From the NCBI GenBank assembly GCA_024234165.1, contig JACKOP010000005.1:123409-187408 (forward strand): DNA of 64,000 nt, given 5' to 3'. Below, in pieces: positions 1 through 15,506 of this stretch. A program made the translations under genes and the position numbers. Under the pieces are notes generated by a model. That model searched no databases. It was not told where the DNA came from and saw nothing but the letters and a program-made list of their open reading frames with translations. Every line of letters starts with the position of its first letter. Position 1 is the stretch's first letter. This DNA comes from Pseudomonadales bacterium. Lineage in GTDB: Bacteria; Pseudomonadota; Gammaproteobacteria; Pseudomonadales; UBA5518.

Positions 1-235
1 GCGCCGGCTTGTCGATCGTGTAGGACTGCGGCGCGGGCGGCGTGCCGTCGAACTTCATGCGGATCTCGAACTTGCCACCCGGCAGCGCGTTGAATCCGAT
101 ATCGGTCATGGATACCGGCGCGGCCAGCGCGGAAAGCGCAGGCAGCAACAACGCCAGCAGCAGTGCGACGGGGGCCTGCCACCAGCCGCGGACCGTAGCG
201 GTAACGCGAGGCGATCTGAGTTTTACGCTGTCCAT
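1..235 (-). CDS. pilQ: Type IV pilus secretin PilQ, N-terminal part only (gene runs off the left edge)
   Basis: Hand translation of the minus strand from the ATG at 233-235 gives MDSVKLRSPRVTATVRGWWQAPVALLLALLLPALSALAAPVSMTDIGFNALPGGKFEIRMKFDG..., a signal peptide followed by an AMIN-like start. It lies immediately downstream of pilP, as in pilMNOPQ operons. It is absent from the ORF track because the window edge truncates it. Confidence 0.7.
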   Translation of the reverse strand, partial: MDSVKLRSPRVTATVRGWWQAPVALLLALLLPALSALAAPVSMTDIGFNALPGGKFEIRMKFDGTPPAPQSYTIDKPA

Positions 236-249
236 ACTGTCTCCGCGCT

Positions 250-774
250 CTACTGTTCTGTCAGCTTTATCGTTCGGGGGCGTTCGATCCATCCACCGAC
301 GCCATTGGGCACGATCTCGACCACCGAGACTTCGGTCGCTGCGACGGTGACGATCTTGCCGTGGTTCCTGCCCAGGTAATTGCCCGTCGTGACGCGATGG
401 ACTCCGCCTTCCTCGTCCCGGATCAGCACCCAGAGGGTCCCCTTCTGTTCCAGCGTGCCCACCATCGCCAGCCCCTCGATGTTGAAGCGCTCGAGGAACT
501 CGCGTGCACGCAGCAGATCCGGTTTCACCACCTTGCCGGTCTGCAGCGTCGCCGTTTCCTTCGCGCTCAGCGGCACGTCGAATGGTGCACGCAGCGACTG
601 CGCCGAATAGGTGAACGACTGGTACGGCTTGAACGCGGGAATGGGTTCGATCGCCCCCGCCGGGCGCGCCTGCACTTCGGCCATGTACGCGTCCAGATCG
701 GAGAAATCCCCGCCGCAGCCGCCCAGCAGAGCGGCCCAGAACACAAGGCTTGCTGTTCGCTTGACGCCCATCAT
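250..774 (-). CDS. pilP: Type IV pilus assembly lipoprotein PilP
   Basis: 174-aa ORF with a lipobox-like LLGGCGG and a PilP-like C-terminal domain (GTLWVLIRDEEGGVHRVTTGNYLG). Its ATGA overlap with the pilO stop suggests coupling. Confidence 0.85.
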   Translation of the reverse strand: MMGVKRTASLVFWAALLGGCGGDFSDLDAYMAEVQARPAGAIEPIPAFKPYQSFTYSAQSLRAPFDVPLSAKETATLQTGKVVKPDLLRAREFLERFNIEGLAMVGTLEQKGTLWVLIRDEEGGVHRVTTGNYLGRNHGKIVTVAATEVSVVEIVPNGVGGWIERPRTIKLTEQ

Positions 775-1379
775 TCTTCGCCCTTGTAGCGGTACGTCCT
801 GGCCTGGATCTGCATGGTCAACTGCCCCGCGTTGCCACCGGGGGCGATCGTGAAATCATGCAGGGTCACGATTCTCGGCAGCCCGGCCACACCGCTCGCG
901 AAGCCTCCGAGATCGTGGTAGGCGCCCTTGACATTGATATTGATGGGAAGCTCCACGTAGAACTCGGCCGCACGCTCGCCCTCGAGGGCGATGCTGTTGA
1001 ACGTGAGTCCGGCGTCGACGCCCTTCTCGGTGATGTCCTCGAGCAGTCCCGGCACCTCGGTGTCCTTCGGCAACTGGCTGAGCAGTGCACCGAACTGCTC
1101 CTCCATCTCGGCGAGTTGCGCGCGCAGCGCGTCGAGATTCGCCACCTGGAACGCCTTCATGCGGAACTCTTCGCGCAGCTGGGTCTCACTCTGGCGTGTC
1201 GCCTCGTACTGCGCCTGCATGTCCTTCAGGTGGTAGTTGTAGCCGAGGAAGCACACCAGTCCGAACGCCACCACCCACACGATGATCTTCACCGCCACCG
1301 GCCAGGCGCCGATGTTGTCCAGCGTGAGTTCGGACAGATTGACTTCCCTGAGCGCCTTCAGCGAATCAGCCAGTGCCAT
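771..1379 (-). CDS. pilO: Type IV pilus assembly protein PilO
   Basis: I chose the internal ATG (MALADSLKALREVNLSEL...) at 1377-1379. The protein has a TM helix followed by a coiled coil, typical of PilO. It sits between pilN and pilP. Confidence 0.85.
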   Translation of the reverse strand: MALADSLKALREVNLSELTLDNIGAWPVAVKIIVWVVAFGLVCFLGYNYHLKDMQAQYEATRQSETQLREEFRMKAFQVANLDALRAQLAEMEEQFGALLSQLPKDTEVPGLLEDITEKGVDAGLTFNSIALEGERAAEFYVELPININVKGAYHDLGGFASGVAGLPRIVTLHDFTIAPGGNAGQLTMQIQARTYRYKGEE

Positions 1380-1383
1380 GTGC

Positions 1384-1964
1384 CTATTCTCCCGTCTCGC
1401 CCTGGCCTTCACCCTTGGCGGCACCCGGCGTGCTGACCTGGACCGTCAGTTCGAAATCGTTTGCCTGGTCACCAAACCGCGGATTCGCCGTCACGGCTTT
1501 CAACGCCGGGGCGCTGAACCACTCCGACGCATCGAGCCGTCGCATCAGGCTGGACACGCGGTTGTTCGATTCCGCCGTGCCGCGGATCGTGATGGTCTGC
1601 CCCTTGCGCTCCATACCACGGAAAAAGACCCCATCGGGCAGGGTCCGCACGATCTCGTCGAAGATGTGCACGATCAGCGGCCGCGTTCCCTGCAGATCCT
1701 GGATCACCTTCATGCGGTCGAGAAGCTGGTTGCGCCGCGTATGCAGGTCCTTGATCTCCGCGACCTGCTTGTCCAGTTCGCGGATATGCGAGCGCAGGTA
1801 CTCGTTGCGCTCGTTCTGGTGGGTGATCCGGCCATCGATCACGATATGCCCGAGCACCGCCACCAGCACGCCGACGGCGACGACCGCGCCGAGCACGGCC
1901 AGGAACTCCTTGCGCAGCCGCTCGCGCCGCTGCTCGCGCCAGGGCAGGAGGTTGATCTTTGCCA

Positions 1965-1965
<1 letters not shown>
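1384..1965 (-). CDS. pilN: Type IV pilus assembly protein PilN
   Basis: MAKINLLPWREQRRERLRKEF is the canonical PilN N-terminus. The start overlaps the pilM stop (TGATG). Confidence 0.9.
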
Positions 1966-5602
<3,637 letters not shown>

Positions 5603-6430
5603 TCAGTCGAGCACCACCAGCGACGCCGGGTGACGCAGCGCCATCGTCCACGATGGATGGGCCACCGCGCTACGCCCGGATGCATCCCGCCACACGAGCC
5701 AGCCACGGAACTCCACCTCCCGACCACGCAGGCGCTGCAGGGCCGGCAGATCGAAATACCCCTGGTCGGCACGAGCGATTCGCAGCGCCACCCGATCCTC
5801 GATCTCCAGCCACCAGGCCGAGCGGCTGCGACCCAGCGCGCTGACGCGCCCGCGCAGCAGGCGAAAGCCGCTTTCACCGCTGCGCAACGCGGATACCGCG
5901 TGCGGAGCAAACTCGCCGCTGCCCCATAACCCGCTACCGGCACTGCGTGCACGCCGTTCGCTGGCACTCAGACACTCGAGTTGGCGCAGATCGGGAGGCA
6001 GCGCGATATGGCGCGCCAGTCCCGCCGCAAGCAGCGCGCCCTCGAGGCTGGCGCCATCGGCACGCCAGACGTGCGCGAGCGTGCGCCCGTACCGGTCGTG
6101 GCGCACCTCGCCGACCACCAGCATGATCCGGGAGCCGCCCAGGAAACGGCTTGCGAAACGCCGCGCGCTGACAGCCCCGGGCTCGGCGTGCCCGCTGCGG
6201 TCATGCAATTCGGGAGCGTTGACGCCGATCAGACGTACGCGCCGCCCGTCGGCAAGCCGCAGCGTATCGCCATCGACCACCGCTTCGACGCGCGCCGTCT
6301 CGGTCGCGGCAAAGGGTACGCAGGACGGGGAGGCGGTGTTGGCTGCCACCGCCCACGACAGCAGCGCGCCGACCAGTACGATCAGCGCGTGCGCAGGCAG
6401 GAGGGCAGATGCGGCGCGGAACCGGAGCAT
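5603..6430 (-). CDS. Secreted thermonuclease (SNase)-family nuclease
   Basis: VDGDTLRLADGRRVRLIGVNAPE ... RYGRTLAHVW are SNase-fold motifs. The signal-like N-terminus MLRFRAASALLPAHALIVLVGALL starts at the internal ATG 6428-6430. Confidence 0.7.
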   Translation of the reverse strand: MLRFRAASALLPAHALIVLVGALLSWAVAANTASPSCVPFAATETARVEAVVDGDTLRLADGRRVRLIGVNAPELHDRSGHAEPGAVSARRFASRFLGGSRIMLVVGEVRHDRYGRTLAHVWRADGASLEGALLAAGLARHIALPPDLRQLECLSASERRARSAGSGLWGSGEFAPHAVSALRSGESGFRLLRGRVSALGRSRSAWWLEIEDRVALRIARADQGYFDLPALQRLRGREVEFRGWLVWRDASGRSAVAHPSWTMALRHPASLVVLD

Positions 6431-6447
6431 TCCGCTGCCGACGGGAA

Positions 6448-6660
6448 TCAGCCGGGCTTGCGTGTACCGAAGCGCTTCTTGAAGCGGTCGATACGACCAC
6501 CCGTGTCCAGCACCTTCTGCTTGCCGGAATAGAACGGATGGCACTTCGAGCACACGTCGATGTTCAGGTCCCGCACCAGCGTCGAACGGGTCGTGATCAC
6601 ATTGCCGCAACTGCAGCTTGCGGTCACCTTGTCGTATGCGGGATGGATGTCGGCTTTCAT
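6448..6660 (-). CDS. rpmE: 50S ribosomal protein L31
   Basis: [28 protein letters not shown]...[13 protein letters not shown] is a full-length 70-aa L31 with its Cys motif. The remainder of the 339-aa ORF upstream is antisense to priA. Confidence 0.95.
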   Translation of the reverse strand: MKADIHPAYDKVTASCSCGNVITTRSTLVRDLNIDVCSKCHPFYSGKQKVLDTGGRIDRFKKRFGTRKPG

Positions 6661-6849
6661 GGTGTCACCTTGTCGCGCCGGCGCCTGCCTCCGCCGGTAC
6701 CGGAGGGGAATCGCCACGCTCGTGAAACGAAAAGAGCGCGGCATACTAAGCACTCGCCCCGTCGATGGCAAGGCAAGAACGAACGCCCTGTGGAAAAACC
6801 CCCGTACCCCTTGCTGGACGCGCCGGGCGGCTGCGCCTACGCTGCGCGC

Positions 6850-9084
6850 ATGCCTGCCGATTCCGTCCTGCGCATCGCAGTACCGGCGCCGTTGCGCCAG
6901 TTGCTGGATTACCTGCCGCCCTCCGGCATCAACCCCGCGCTGCTCGCACCGGGCATGCGCGTGGTGGTGCCGCTGGGTGCGCGTCGCGTGCTTGGCGTGA
7001 TCGCCTCGATCCGCGAACGCAGCGAACTCGAGCCCGCGAAGCTGCGTCGCGCTCTCGCACTGCCCGACCGGCAAGCGGTGCTGTCGGCCGAACTGCTGCA
7101 GTTGTGCCTGTTTGCTGCCCGCTACTACCACGCACCGCCGGGTGAGGCACTCGTGAACACGCTCCCGGTGGCGCTGCGCACGTTGCGCGCACCGGCTGCC
7201 CGCAGCGCACGGCGCTGGAGCCTCACCAGCGCTGCGCATGGCCTTGGCCCGGGCGCGCTGGCAAACGCGCCGCGACAGGCAGCAGCCGTCGAATTCCTGC
7301 GTGAACACCACCCAGCCAGCGATGCCGAACTGCGTGCAGCAGACATCGAGTCCACGACGATGCGCGCACTCGCCGCCAAGGCGCTGGTGGTGGCGACTCA
7401 CGACGAAGCCATGCCGGGCGTGACTGCGACGGGGACGACTGGCCCCGTGGAAACACAGCCGCCACACGCCAACACCGCGCTGGCGCTAAATGCTGCGCAG
7501 CAGGCGGCAGTGGACGCACTGGAGACGACTCACGGACGCTACGCCTGCTGGCTGCTCGAGGGCGTGACCGGCAGCGGCAAGACCGAGGTCTACCTGCGCT
7601 TCATCGAGCGCGTACTCGCGGCACAACGCCAGGCGCTGGTGCTGGTTCCCGAGATCGGGCTCACGCCGCAGACGCGCCGGCGCTTCGAGGCGCGCTTCGG
7701 CAGCGGCGTTGCGGTGCTGCACTCCGGGCTCGGTGATCGCGAACGGTTCGCAACCTGGCAGCGCTGTGCCGAAGGCTCTGCACGCGTGCTGATCGGCACA
7801 CGCTCGGCCCTGTTCAGCCCGTTGCCCGCGCTCGGCGCCATCATCGTCGACGAAGAACACGACGCATCGTTCAAGCAACACGAGGGTTTCCGCTATTCCG
7901 CGCGCGACCTGGCGATCGTGCGCGCCCGGCAGCAGCAGATCCCGATCGTACTCGGCTCGGCGACACCTTCGACCGAAAGCCTGGCCAATTGCGCTGCCGG
8001 CCGCTTCCGGCATCTGCTGCTGTCCGACCGCGCCGGCGCCGCCACGGCGCCGACACTGCGCCTGATCGACGTACGCGGGCAGACGCTCGATGGCGGCATG
8101 TGCCCCGAGCTGACGGCGCGCATCGCCGCCGAACTCACGACCGGGAACCAGGTGCTGGTATTCCTGAACCGCCGCGGCTGGGCGCCGCTGCTCAATTGCA
8201 TCGACTGCGGGTGGATGGCCGAATGCCGTGACTGCGACGCCCGGCTGACGCTGCACCGCGCCGAGCGGCTGCTGTGCTGCCACCATTGCGAGCGGCGCTT
8301 GCCGGTGCCGGTAGTGTGTCCTCACTGTCGCAGTGCGCGCCTGCTGGCGCAGGGCGCCGGCACGGAACGCGCGGAGCACACGCTGCAACGCCTGTTTCCG
8401 TCGGTTCCGATCCGGCGCATCGATCGCAGCACGATGCAGGCTCGCGACGCGATGGAACGCCTGGGGCACGAAATCGATCGTGGCGAGCCGTGCATCCTCG
8501 TCGGCACCCAGATGCTCGCGAAGGGCCACCACTTTCCGCGTGTCACGCTGGTCGCGATCCTGGACCTGGATGGCGGCCTGTTCAGCCCGGATTTTCGCGC
8601 AGCCGAGCGTACCGGCCAGTTGCTGATCCAGGTTGCGGGACGCGCAGGACGCGCCGAACTCCCTGGCGAGGTGCTGGTACAGACCCTCCATCCGCAACAT
8701 CCGTGGCTGACCCGTCTGCTCGAGGGTGGCTATCGGGCGTTCATCGACCCGCTGCTCGTCGAACGCCGCACACACGGACTCCCGCCGTACACGCATCTCG
8801 CGCTGATCGGCGCCGAAGGGCGTAACGAACAGGCGACGCTGCGCATGCTGCAGGAGATACGCGCAGACGTGTCGCGCACCCACCCCGGCGTCGATGCAAT
8901 CGGCCCCCTGCCCGCGATGCGGCCACGCCGGGCCGGGCTGTACCGCCTGCAACTGCTGCTGAGGCATGCGCAACGCACACCGCTGCATGCAGCCCTGGAC
9001 ACCGCGTGCACACTGCTCGAGTCGCGCCGTTACGGCAGCGTCGCACGCTGGCACATCGACGTCGACCCGCAGGACGGGGCATGA
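6850..9084 (+). CDS. priA: Primosomal protein N' (replication restart helicase PriA)
   Basis: Start [15 protein letters not shown] at the ATG 6850. Walker [16 protein letters not shown] box IIVDEEHD, and a Cys-rich zinc region CIDCGW..CRDCDA..CCHHCE..CPHC. Confidence 0.9.
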   Translation: MPADSVLRIAVPAPLRQLLDYLPPSGINPALLAPGMRVVVPLGARRVLGVIASIRERSELEPAKLRRALALPDRQAVLSAELLQLCLFAARYYHAPPGEALVNTLPVALRTLRAPAARSARRWSLTSAAHGLGPGALANAPRQAAAVEFLREHHPASDAELRAADIESTTMRALAAKALVVATHDEAMPGVTATGTTGPVETQPPHANTALALNAAQQAAVDALETTHGRYACWLLEGVTGSGKTEVYLRFIERVLAAQRQALVLVPEIGLTPQTRRRFEARFGSGVAVLHSGLGDRERFATWQRCAEGSARVLIGTRSALFSPLPALGAIIVDEEHDASFKQHEGFRYSARDLAIVRARQQQIPIVLGSATPSTESLANCAAGRFRHLLLSDRAGAATAPTLRLIDVRGQTLDGGMCPELTARIAAELTTGNQVLVFLNRRGWAPLLNCIDCGWMAECRDCDARLTLHRAERLLCCHHCERRLPVPVVCPHCRSARLLAQGAGTERAEHTLQRLFPSVPIRRIDRSTMQARDAMERLGHEIDRGEPCILVGTQMLAKGHHFPRVTLVAILDLDGGLFSPDFRAAERTGQLLIQVAGRAGRAELPGEVLVQTLHPQHPWLTRLLEGGYRAFIDPLLVERRTHGLPPYTHLALIGAEGRNEQATLRMLQEIRADVSRTHPGVDAIGPLPAMRPRRAGLYRLQLLLRHAQRTPLHAALDTACTLLESRRYGSVARWHIDVDPQDGA

Positions 9085-9201
9085 TGAACGGCGCCGGAAG
9101 TTTGGCAAGCAGGCGCGCGATCCTGATAATACGCACTCCCGCGTCACGGGGAGGTCTTCCGCCCGGAAGCCTGCTGACGCCCGCACGGTGCAGATCCACC
9201 C

Positions 9202-9936
9202 ATGGCCCATGATTTTGCCAAACAGCGCGCCGCGCGCGACGGACGTTCCGGCAAGAGCACGTCCGCACCATGGACGTGGTTGCTGAGCGGTGTCGTGATC
9301 GGGGGTGCATTCAGCTTCCTCGCCTACCTGGCGATGCTGAAACCCCCGGCTCCGGCTCCGGCGCCCGCACCCGGACAGGCAGGCACCGGCGCTCCCACCG
9401 CTGCCGCATCACAGCCAGCGCAGGCGCCGGAAGAACCGGAAGAAGCAAAGCCGGCGCAGAAATCCGAGCCAGCCACCTCGGCACGACCTCAGTTCGACTT
9501 CTACGACATCCTGCGTGACAACCACGCTGCACCCACGACGACGCGAGGTGCTGCGACGGATGCCCGCAGCACGGATGGCGCGCAACCGGTCGAGGTTCCC
9601 GAGCCGGCACCGGCGCCTGCGGCGACAGCCCCGGTCACACCGACAGCGCCCCCCGCTCGAACGCCTGCGACCCCACCGCCCGCACCAGTCGAGACAGCAC
9701 CTGCCAGCGCACAGCCGGCCGCGCTGGTGCTGCAGGCAGGCGCATTCAGCCGCGCGGCCGACGCCGACCGCCGGCGCGGCGAGCTACTGCTGCTCGGTTA
9801 CGATGCAAAGGTCGAGACCGTGCGCCTCCCGGACGGGCAGACGCGCTACCGCGTCCAGGTCGGGCCGTTCACGGATCCACAGGGACTGGCCCACGCGCGT
9901 CGCGCCCTGCGCGACGTCGGCATCGAAACGCTGTGA
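9202..9936 (+). CDS. SPOR domain protein (FtsN-like septal peptidoglycan-binding protein)
   Basis: N-terminal TM helix, a Pro/Ala-rich linker, and a C-terminal SPOR-like LVLQAGAFSRAADADRRRGELLLLGYDAKV...YRVQVGPF. Its position between priA and hslV matches the ftsN locus. Confidence 0.7.
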   Translation: MAHDFAKQRAARDGRSGKSTSAPWTWLLSGVVIGGAFSFLAYLAMLKPPAPAPAPAPGQAGTGAPTAAASQPAQAPEEPEEAKPAQKSEPATSARPQFDFYDILRDNHAAPTTTRGAATDARSTDGAQPVEVPEPAPAPAATAPVTPTAPPARTPATPPPAPVETAPASAQPAALVLQAGAFSRAADADRRRGELLLLGYDAKVETVRLPDGQTRYRVQVGPFTDPQGLAHARRALRDVGIETL

Positions 9937-10015
9937 TACCGTCAGGAAGCACAACGTCCCCTTGAAATCCGGGAATCGTGGCAGCATATCGCGATGACGC
10001 ATCCGATCCGGATGC

Positions 10016-10588
10016 ATGCAGACCAGGCCCAGGGAGCACAGCGTGGAGCAATTCAGGGGAACCACCATTCTGTCGGTGCGTCGCCACGGCAAGGTCGTGA
10101 TCGGGGGCGATGGCCAGGTCTCGCTGGGGCAGACGATCATGAAGTCCAACGCACGCAAGGTACGCCGTCTGCACGGTGGCAGCGTGATCGCCGGCTTCGC
10201 CGGCGGGACCGCCGATGCGTTCACGCTGTTCGAGCGCTTCGAAGCGCAACTCGAACGGCATCAGGGTCAGTTGGTACGCGCCGCGGTCGAACTGGCGAAG
10301 GCCTGGCGCACCGACCGCGCACTGCGTCGGCTCGAGGCGTTGCTGGCCGTGGCCGACGCCACCAGCTCGTTGATCATCAGCGGCAACGGTGACGTGATCG
10401 AACCCGAGGACAGCCTGATCGCGATCGGCTCCGGCGGACCCTACGCCCAGGCGGCTGCACGCGCGCTGCTCGCGCACAGCGACCTCCCTGCCCGCACGAT
10501 CGTCGAAAGCGCACTCGGCATCGCCGCCGACATCTGCATCTACACGAACCACAACCGCACGATCGAAGAACTCGATGCCGCCGGCTGA
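10016..10588 (+). CDS. hslV: ATP-dependent protease subunit HslV
   Basis: [38 protein letters not shown]. The start is ambiguous: ATG at 10016 or GTG at 10043, the latter giving MEQFRGTT. Confidence 0.9.
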   Translation: MQTRPREHSVEQFRGTTILSVRRHGKVVIGGDGQVSLGQTIMKSNARKVRRLHGGSVIAGFAGGTADAFTLFERFEAQLERHQGQLVRAAVELAKAWRTDRALRRLEALLAVADATSSLIISGNGDVIEPEDSLIAIGSGGPYAQAAARALLAHSDLPARTIVESALGIAADICIYTNHNRTIEELDAAG

Positions 10589-10633
10589 ACGCCAAGCGAT
10601 CCGGCACGTGTGCACAGCCACGGTGATCCCGCC

Positions 10634-11971
10634 ATGTCTGCCATGACACCTCGCGAAATCGTCCACGAACTCGACCGCCACATCGTCGGCCAACAGGCCG
10701 CGAAGCGCGCCGTGGCCGTGGCGCTGCGCAACCGCTGGCGCCGGATGCAGCTCGACCCGGCGCTCGCCGTCGAGATCACACCGAAGAACATTCTGATGAT
10801 CGGACCCACCGGGGTCGGCAAGACCGAGATCGCCCGCCGCCTCGCACGGCTGGCAAATGCGCCGTTCCTGAAGATCGAGGCAACCAAGTTCACCGAGGTC
10901 GGCTACGTGGGCCGTGACGTCGAATCCATCGTGCGCGACCTCGTCGACGTGGCGATGAAGATGCATCGCGAGGCCGAGATCGAACGCGTACGCCCGCGCG
11001 CGCTCGACGCGGCCGAGGAACGCATCCTCGACGCGCTGCTGCCGCCGGCGCGCCAGACCCCCGGCGCCGAACGTGAACGTGACTCCGCAGCACGCCAGGT
11101 ATTCCGCAAGAAACTGCGCGAAGGCGAGCTCGACGAGCGCGAGATCGATATCGATGTCGCTGCCACGCAGGTGGGAGTGGAGATCATGGCGCCGCCCGGG
11201 ATGGAGGAGATGACGAACCAGTTGCAGGGCCTGTTCCAGAAGCTGTCGACGAGCCGCAGCAAGACGCGTCGGCTCAGCGTGCGCGCAGCGCTGAAGATGG
11301 TCGAGGACGAGGAAGCAGCGAAACTCGTCAACGAGGACGAACTGAAGCGCCACGCGCTCGACTCCGTCGAGCAGAACGGCATCGTGTTCATCGACGAGCT
11401 CGACAAGATCGCACGCCGCTCCGAATACCAGGGCGCCGACGTCTCGCGCGAAGGCGTGCAACGCGATTTGCTGCCGCTGATCGAAGGCTGCACGGTCAGC
11501 ACCCGCCACGGCATGGTGCGCACGGACCACGTGCTGTTCATCGCGTCGGGGGCGTTTCATCTCGCCAAGCCGTCGGATCTGATCCCCGAACTGCAGGGCC
11601 GCCTGCCGATTCGCGTCGAACTCGACGCACTGGGGCCGGATGACTTCGAACGCATCCTGACCGAACCGCACGCCTCGCTCACCGAGCAGTACCGCGCACT
11701 GTTCGCCACCGAGAACCTGCACGTCGAGTTCAGCCCCGATGGCATCCGGCGCATCGCCGAAGTCGCGTGGGAAGTCAACGAACGCACGGAGAACATCGGC
11801 GCACGACGCCTGCACACGGTGATGGAGCGGCTGCTCGAGGACGCGTCCTTCAGTGCGGCCGACCGCGGCACCGGCGCGGCCGGCGAGAGGCTCGTCGTCG
11901 ACGCTGCCTACGTCGATGCGCAGCTCGGTGAACTCGCGCGTGATGAGGATTTGAGCCGCTTTATCCTGTAA
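10634..11971 (+). CDS. hslU: ATP-dependent protease ATPase subunit HslU
   Basis: [20 protein letters not shown], Walker [16 protein letters not shown], and a typical HslU C-terminus DEDLSRFIL. Confidence 0.95.
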   Translation: MSAMTPREIVHELDRHIVGQQAAKRAVAVALRNRWRRMQLDPALAVEITPKNILMIGPTGVGKTEIARRLARLANAPFLKIEATKFTEVGYVGRDVESIVRDLVDVAMKMHREAEIERVRPRALDAAEERILDALLPPARQTPGAERERDSAARQVFRKKLREGELDEREIDIDVAATQVGVEIMAPPGMEEMTNQLQGLFQKLSTSRSKTRRLSVRAALKMVEDEEAAKLVNEDELKRHALDSVEQNGIVFIDELDKIARRSEYQGADVSREGVQRDLLPLIEGCTVSTRHGMVRTDHVLFIASGAFHLAKPSDLIPELQGRLPIRVELDALGPDDFERILTEPHASLTEQYRALFATENLHVEFSPDGIRRIAEVAWEVNERTENIGARRLHTVMERLLEDASFSAADRGTGAAGERLVVDAAYVDAQLGELARDEDLSRFIL

Positions 11972-12011
11972 GCTAGCCGCCCACCCGGAACGTCAGAGAC
12001 CCGCCGCCGGC

Positions 12012-12404
12012 ATGAACGCGCAGACCAAGGTTCCCGTCTCCGTCCGCCTGCACCGCGCATCACGCATGCTGGAGCTTGGCTACGGCAACGACGAGACCTA
12101 CAGCCTGAGCTGCGAGTTCCTGCGCGTGCAGTCCCCGTCGGCCGAGGTGCGCGGTCACGGGCCTGGACAGGAAACGCTGCAGAGCGGCAAGCGACTGGTG
12201 ACCATCGAACGCATCGAAACCGTCGGCAACTACGCGTTGCAGTTCCATTTCTCCGATGGGCACGACTCCGGGATCTACTCGTGGGACTACCTGTACAGCC
12301 TGTGCCGCGACCAGCAGCGCCTGTGGGCCGACTACCTCGCACGCATGGCGCTCGCCGGCGCATCACGCGAGCCTGCCGGTCCGGTGCTGATCGCGAGACA
12401 GTAG
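12012..12404 (+). CDS. DUF971 (gamma-butyrobetaine hydroxylase-like N-terminal domain) protein
   Basis: LSCEFLRVQSPSAEVRGHGPGQ...GNYALQFHFSDGHDSGIYSWDYLY is characteristic of DUF971. Confidence 0.7.
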   Translation: MNAQTKVPVSVRLHRASRMLELGYGNDETYSLSCEFLRVQSPSAEVRGHGPGQETLQSGKRLVTIERIETVGNYALQFHFSDGHDSGIYSWDYLYSLCRDQQRLWADYLARMALAGASREPAGPVLIARQ

Positions 12405-12428
12405 GCCGGTTCGTCCACGGAGATCCTC

Positions 12429-13184
12429 ATGAGCGAGCAACGCACCACGGATTTCGGCTACCGCCAGGTGCCCGAAGAGGAAAAGACACGCCTGGTAGGT
12501 GGCGTGTTCGACTCGGTAGCCACGCGCTACGACCTGATGAACGACCTGATGTCGGGCGGCATCCACCGCATCTGGAAGCGCGTGACGATCGAACTGAGTG
12601 GCGTACGCGAAGGCCATCGCGTGCTGGACGTCGCCGGCGGGACCGGTGATCTCAGCTCGCGCTTCGCGCGGATCGTCGGTCCCAACGGCCGGGTGGTGCT
12701 CTCGGACATCAACGAATCGATGCTGCGCGTCGGTCGCGACAAGCTGATCGACTCCGGAACCATCGCCAACCTCGAGTTTGTGCTCGCCGACGCCGAAAGG
12801 CTGCCGTTCGCCGAGCGCAGCTTCGACTGCGTCACGATCGCCTTCGGCCTGCGCAACGTCACCCACAAGGAACGTGCGCTCGAGTCGATGCTGCGCGTGC
12901 TGCGCCCCGGTGGGCGACTGCTGGTGCTGGAATTCTCCAAACCGACCAATGAACTGCTCGGCAAGCTCTACGACGCCTACTCGTTCGGCGTGCTGCCGCG
13001 ACTCGGCAGGCTCGTCACCGGTGATGCGGACAGCTACCGCTATCTCGCCGAGTCGATCCGCATGCACCCCGACCAGGACGCGATGCGCGACATGATGGAA
13101 GACGCCGGCTTCGAGCGCTGCGACTACCACAACATGACCGGGGGCATCGTCGCGATCCATCGGGGCTTCAGGGCGGGCATGTGA
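12429..13184 (+). CDS. ubiE: Ubiquinone/menaquinone C-methyltransferase UbiE
   Basis: [45 protein letters not shown] and the SAM motif [10 protein letters not shown]. Confidence 0.95.
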   Translation: MSEQRTTDFGYRQVPEEEKTRLVGGVFDSVATRYDLMNDLMSGGIHRIWKRVTIELSGVREGHRVLDVAGGTGDLSSRFARIVGPNGRVVLSDINESMLRVGRDKLIDSGTIANLEFVLADAERLPFAERSFDCVTIAFGLRNVTHKERALESMLRVLRPGGRLLVLEFSKPTNELLGKLYDAYSFGVLPRLGRLVTGDADSYRYLAESIRMHPDQDAMRDMMEDAGFERCDYHNMTGGIVAIHRGFRAGM

Positions 13185-13834
13185 GCGTTTCCACGCTGAA
13201 CGTGGCTGCACTGGCGGCGCTCGAACGCGCGCTGGACGCTGCGCTGACGCTTGCTCCGGCGACGCGCGACGAGCTTGCAGGACTCTCCGGCAAGGTGTTC
13301 GGCGTGCGCGTCAGCGTGCCGGCGCTGAGCGTCTTCATCGCGCCCGACGACGCCGGAGTGCGCTTGCTCGCATACCACGAAGGCACGAACGCGTGCACCG
13401 TAAGCGGCGCAGGATCGGATTTCGTGGCGCTCGCAGGCGCTGCCGACAAGGCGGCCGCACTGGTCAACGGCAACCTGCGCATCGAGGGTGACAGCGGCGC
13501 ACTGATCACACTCGCGCGGTTGCTCGCAGGAATCGAGATCGACTGGGAACGCCACCTTGCGCTGCTCATCGGTGATGTACCGGCACACCAGTTCGGACGC
13601 GCCGTGCGCGCATCGGCCCGCTGGGGGCGCGATGCCCACGCGGCGCTGCTGCGTCATGCCGGCGAGTTCATGCACGAGGAAGCACGCCTGGCGCCGTCGC
13701 GCGCCGAGACCGACGATTTCGCCACCGATGTGCAGACGCTCGCACAGCGCGCGGCACGTGTGGAAAACACCCTGCGGCGCATCGGACGGCGCATCGACGC
13801 ACTCGCAGCACAGCGCCCGCCGCTCAGCGGATGA
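13181..13834 (+). CDS. ubiJ: Ubiquinone biosynthesis accessory protein UbiJ (SCP2-like)
   Basis: Its position between ubiE and ubiB, a GTG start overlapping the ubiE stop (ATGTGA), and an SCP2-like core ([12 protein letters not shown]). Confidence 0.65.
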   Translation: MSVSTLNVAALAALERALDAALTLAPATRDELAGLSGKVFGVRVSVPALSVFIAPDDAGVRLLAYHEGTNACTVSGAGSDFVALAGAADKAAALVNGNLRIEGDSGALITLARLLAGIEIDWERHLALLIGDVPAHQFGRAVRASARWGRDAHAALLRHAGEFMHEEARLAPSRAETDDFATDVQTLAQRAARVENTLRRIGRRIDALAAQRPPLSG

Positions 13835-15457
13835 GTGCCGATGTCACGCCTGAGCCGACTCGCACGCATCATCCAGGTCTGCCGTCGTCACCGCCTCGAC
13901 ACCTTCCTCGACAGCGAGCAGTTGCCCGAGGGCTGGCAACGGTTCCTGCGCTGGCTTCCGGTGCGCTGGCGCCCTGAGCCTGTCGAACCACGCGCGCTGC
14001 GGTTGCGCCGCGCACTCGAGGAGCTCGGGCCGATCTTCATCAAGTTCGGCCAGTTGCTGTCGACCCGTCGCGACCTGATCCCGAGCGATCTTGCCGACGA
14101 ACTGAGCCGGCTGCAGGACAATGTGCCGCCCTTTGCGGCGAGCGAGGCGCGCGCGATCGTCGAGCGTGCGCTCGGCAAGCCGGTGAACGAACTGTTCGCG
14201 TGCTTCGAGGCCGAGCCGCTCGCGTCGGCATCGGTCGCGCAGGTACACGCAGCCACGCTGTTCGATGGCCGCGAAGTCGTCGTGAAAGTGGTCCGTCCGG
14301 GCATCGAGCGCACGATCCGACAGGACGTGCGGCTCCTGTATGCGCTGGCACGCCTCGTGCGCCGCTTCCATCCGGACGGACGACGACTGCGCCCGCTCGA
14401 TGTGGTGCGCGACTATGAACAGATCGTGCTCGACGAACTCGACCTGCAGCGCGAGGCTGCCAACACCTCGCAACTGCGGCGCAACTTCCTCGACTCGGAC
14501 CTGCTGTACGTACCCGAAGTGCACTGGGACTACACGCGACGCAACGTGTTCGTGATGGAACGCATACACGGCATTCCGGTATCCGATATCGAGGCACTGC
14601 ACCGTGCCGGTGTCGACATGAAGGAGCTTGCCGAGCGCGGCGTGCGCATCTTCTTCACACAGGTGTTTCGCGACAGCCTGTTTCATGCCGACATGCATCC
14701 GGGCAACATCTTCGTCGACGTCAGCAACCCTGCGAAGCCGCGCTACATCGGCATCGACTGCGCGATCATGGGCAGTCTCAGCGACTTCGACCAGTACTAT
14801 CTCGCGCGCAACCTGCTTGGCATCTTCCAGCGCCGTTACCGCGAGGTGGCCGAACTGCACGTCGAGTGCGGCTGGGTGCCGCCACAGACACGCGTGCACG
14901 ATTTCGAGGCGGCGATCCGCAGCGCCTGTGAACCGATCTTCGGCAAGCCACTGGGGGAGATCGGCTTTGCGCAGCTGCTGGTCTACCTGTTCCAGACTGC
15001 TCGGCGCTTCGACATGGAAATCCAGCCCTCGCTGGTGCTGCTGCAGAAAACCTTGCTGCACATCGAGGGGCTGGGGCGTCAGCTCTACCCCGATCTCGAC
15101 CTGTGGGAAACCGCCAAGCCGTTCCTCGAGCAGTGGGTGAGCGAACGCTACTCGCCGCGCGGCCTGATCGAGCGGCTGCAAAAGCGTGCCCCGCACTGGC
15201 TGGAACTTCTGCCCGAAGGCCCGGAGCGCCTGCTCGAGTTGCTGCGTCGCGCCACATCGCCACCCGATGCACCGCGCGCGACGGTGGCTCCCGCAGCGTC
15301 ACCACCGTGGCATCGCGGACAACTGCTGGCGGGCATCGCGGGCCTGCTGCTGGTGGAGCCGCGGTTCGCAAGCGTGGCCCCGCTCGACTGGCATCCGGCA
15401 GCCTGGGTGTTCGTGGCGCTGGCGATCTACGCACTCTCGCGCAGGAACATTTCATGA
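13835..15457 (+). CDS. ubiB: Ubiquinone biosynthesis protein UbiB (ABC1/atypical kinase family)
   Basis: [30 protein letters not shown] and [10 protein letters not shown], with C-terminal TM helices. The start is GTG 13835 or ATG 13841. Confidence 0.9.
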   Translation: MPMSRLSRLARIIQVCRRHRLDTFLDSEQLPEGWQRFLRWLPVRWRPEPVEPRALRLRRALEELGPIFIKFGQLLSTRRDLIPSDLADELSRLQDNVPPFAASEARAIVERALGKPVNELFACFEAEPLASASVAQVHAATLFDGREVVVKVVRPGIERTIRQDVRLLYALARLVRRFHPDGRRLRPLDVVRDYEQIVLDELDLQREAANTSQLRRNFLDSDLLYVPEVHWDYTRRNVFVMERIHGIPVSDIEALHRAGVDMKELAERGVRIFFTQVFRDSLFHADMHPGNIFVDVSNPAKPRYIGIDCAIMGSLSDFDQYYLARNLLGIFQRRYREVAELHVECGWVPPQTRVHDFEAAIRSACEPIFGKPLGEIGFAQLLVYLFQTARRFDMEIQPSLVLLQKTLLHIEGLGRQLYPDLDLWETAKPFLEQWVSERYSPRGLIERLQKRAPHWLELLPEGPERLLELLRRATSPPDAPRATVAPAASPPWHRGQLLAGIAGLLLVEPRFASVAPLDWHPAAWVFVALAIYALSRRNIS

Positions 15458-15506
15458 GCGCACGTGTAATCGTCACGCGAACGGCTCCGTGCCATAATCG
15501 CCAGCC

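Noticed and set aside
6409-7467. N-terminal extensions of priA (from 6409) and of rpmE (up to 7467).
   Set aside because: The extensions overlap each other antisense and lack homology. Canonical starts at 6850 ([12 protein letters not shown]) and 6660 (MKADIHPAY) give normal-length proteins.
9869-11815. 648-aa minus-strand ORF.
   Set aside because: It is antisense to hslV and hslU. It has no motifs and a shadow-ORF composition.
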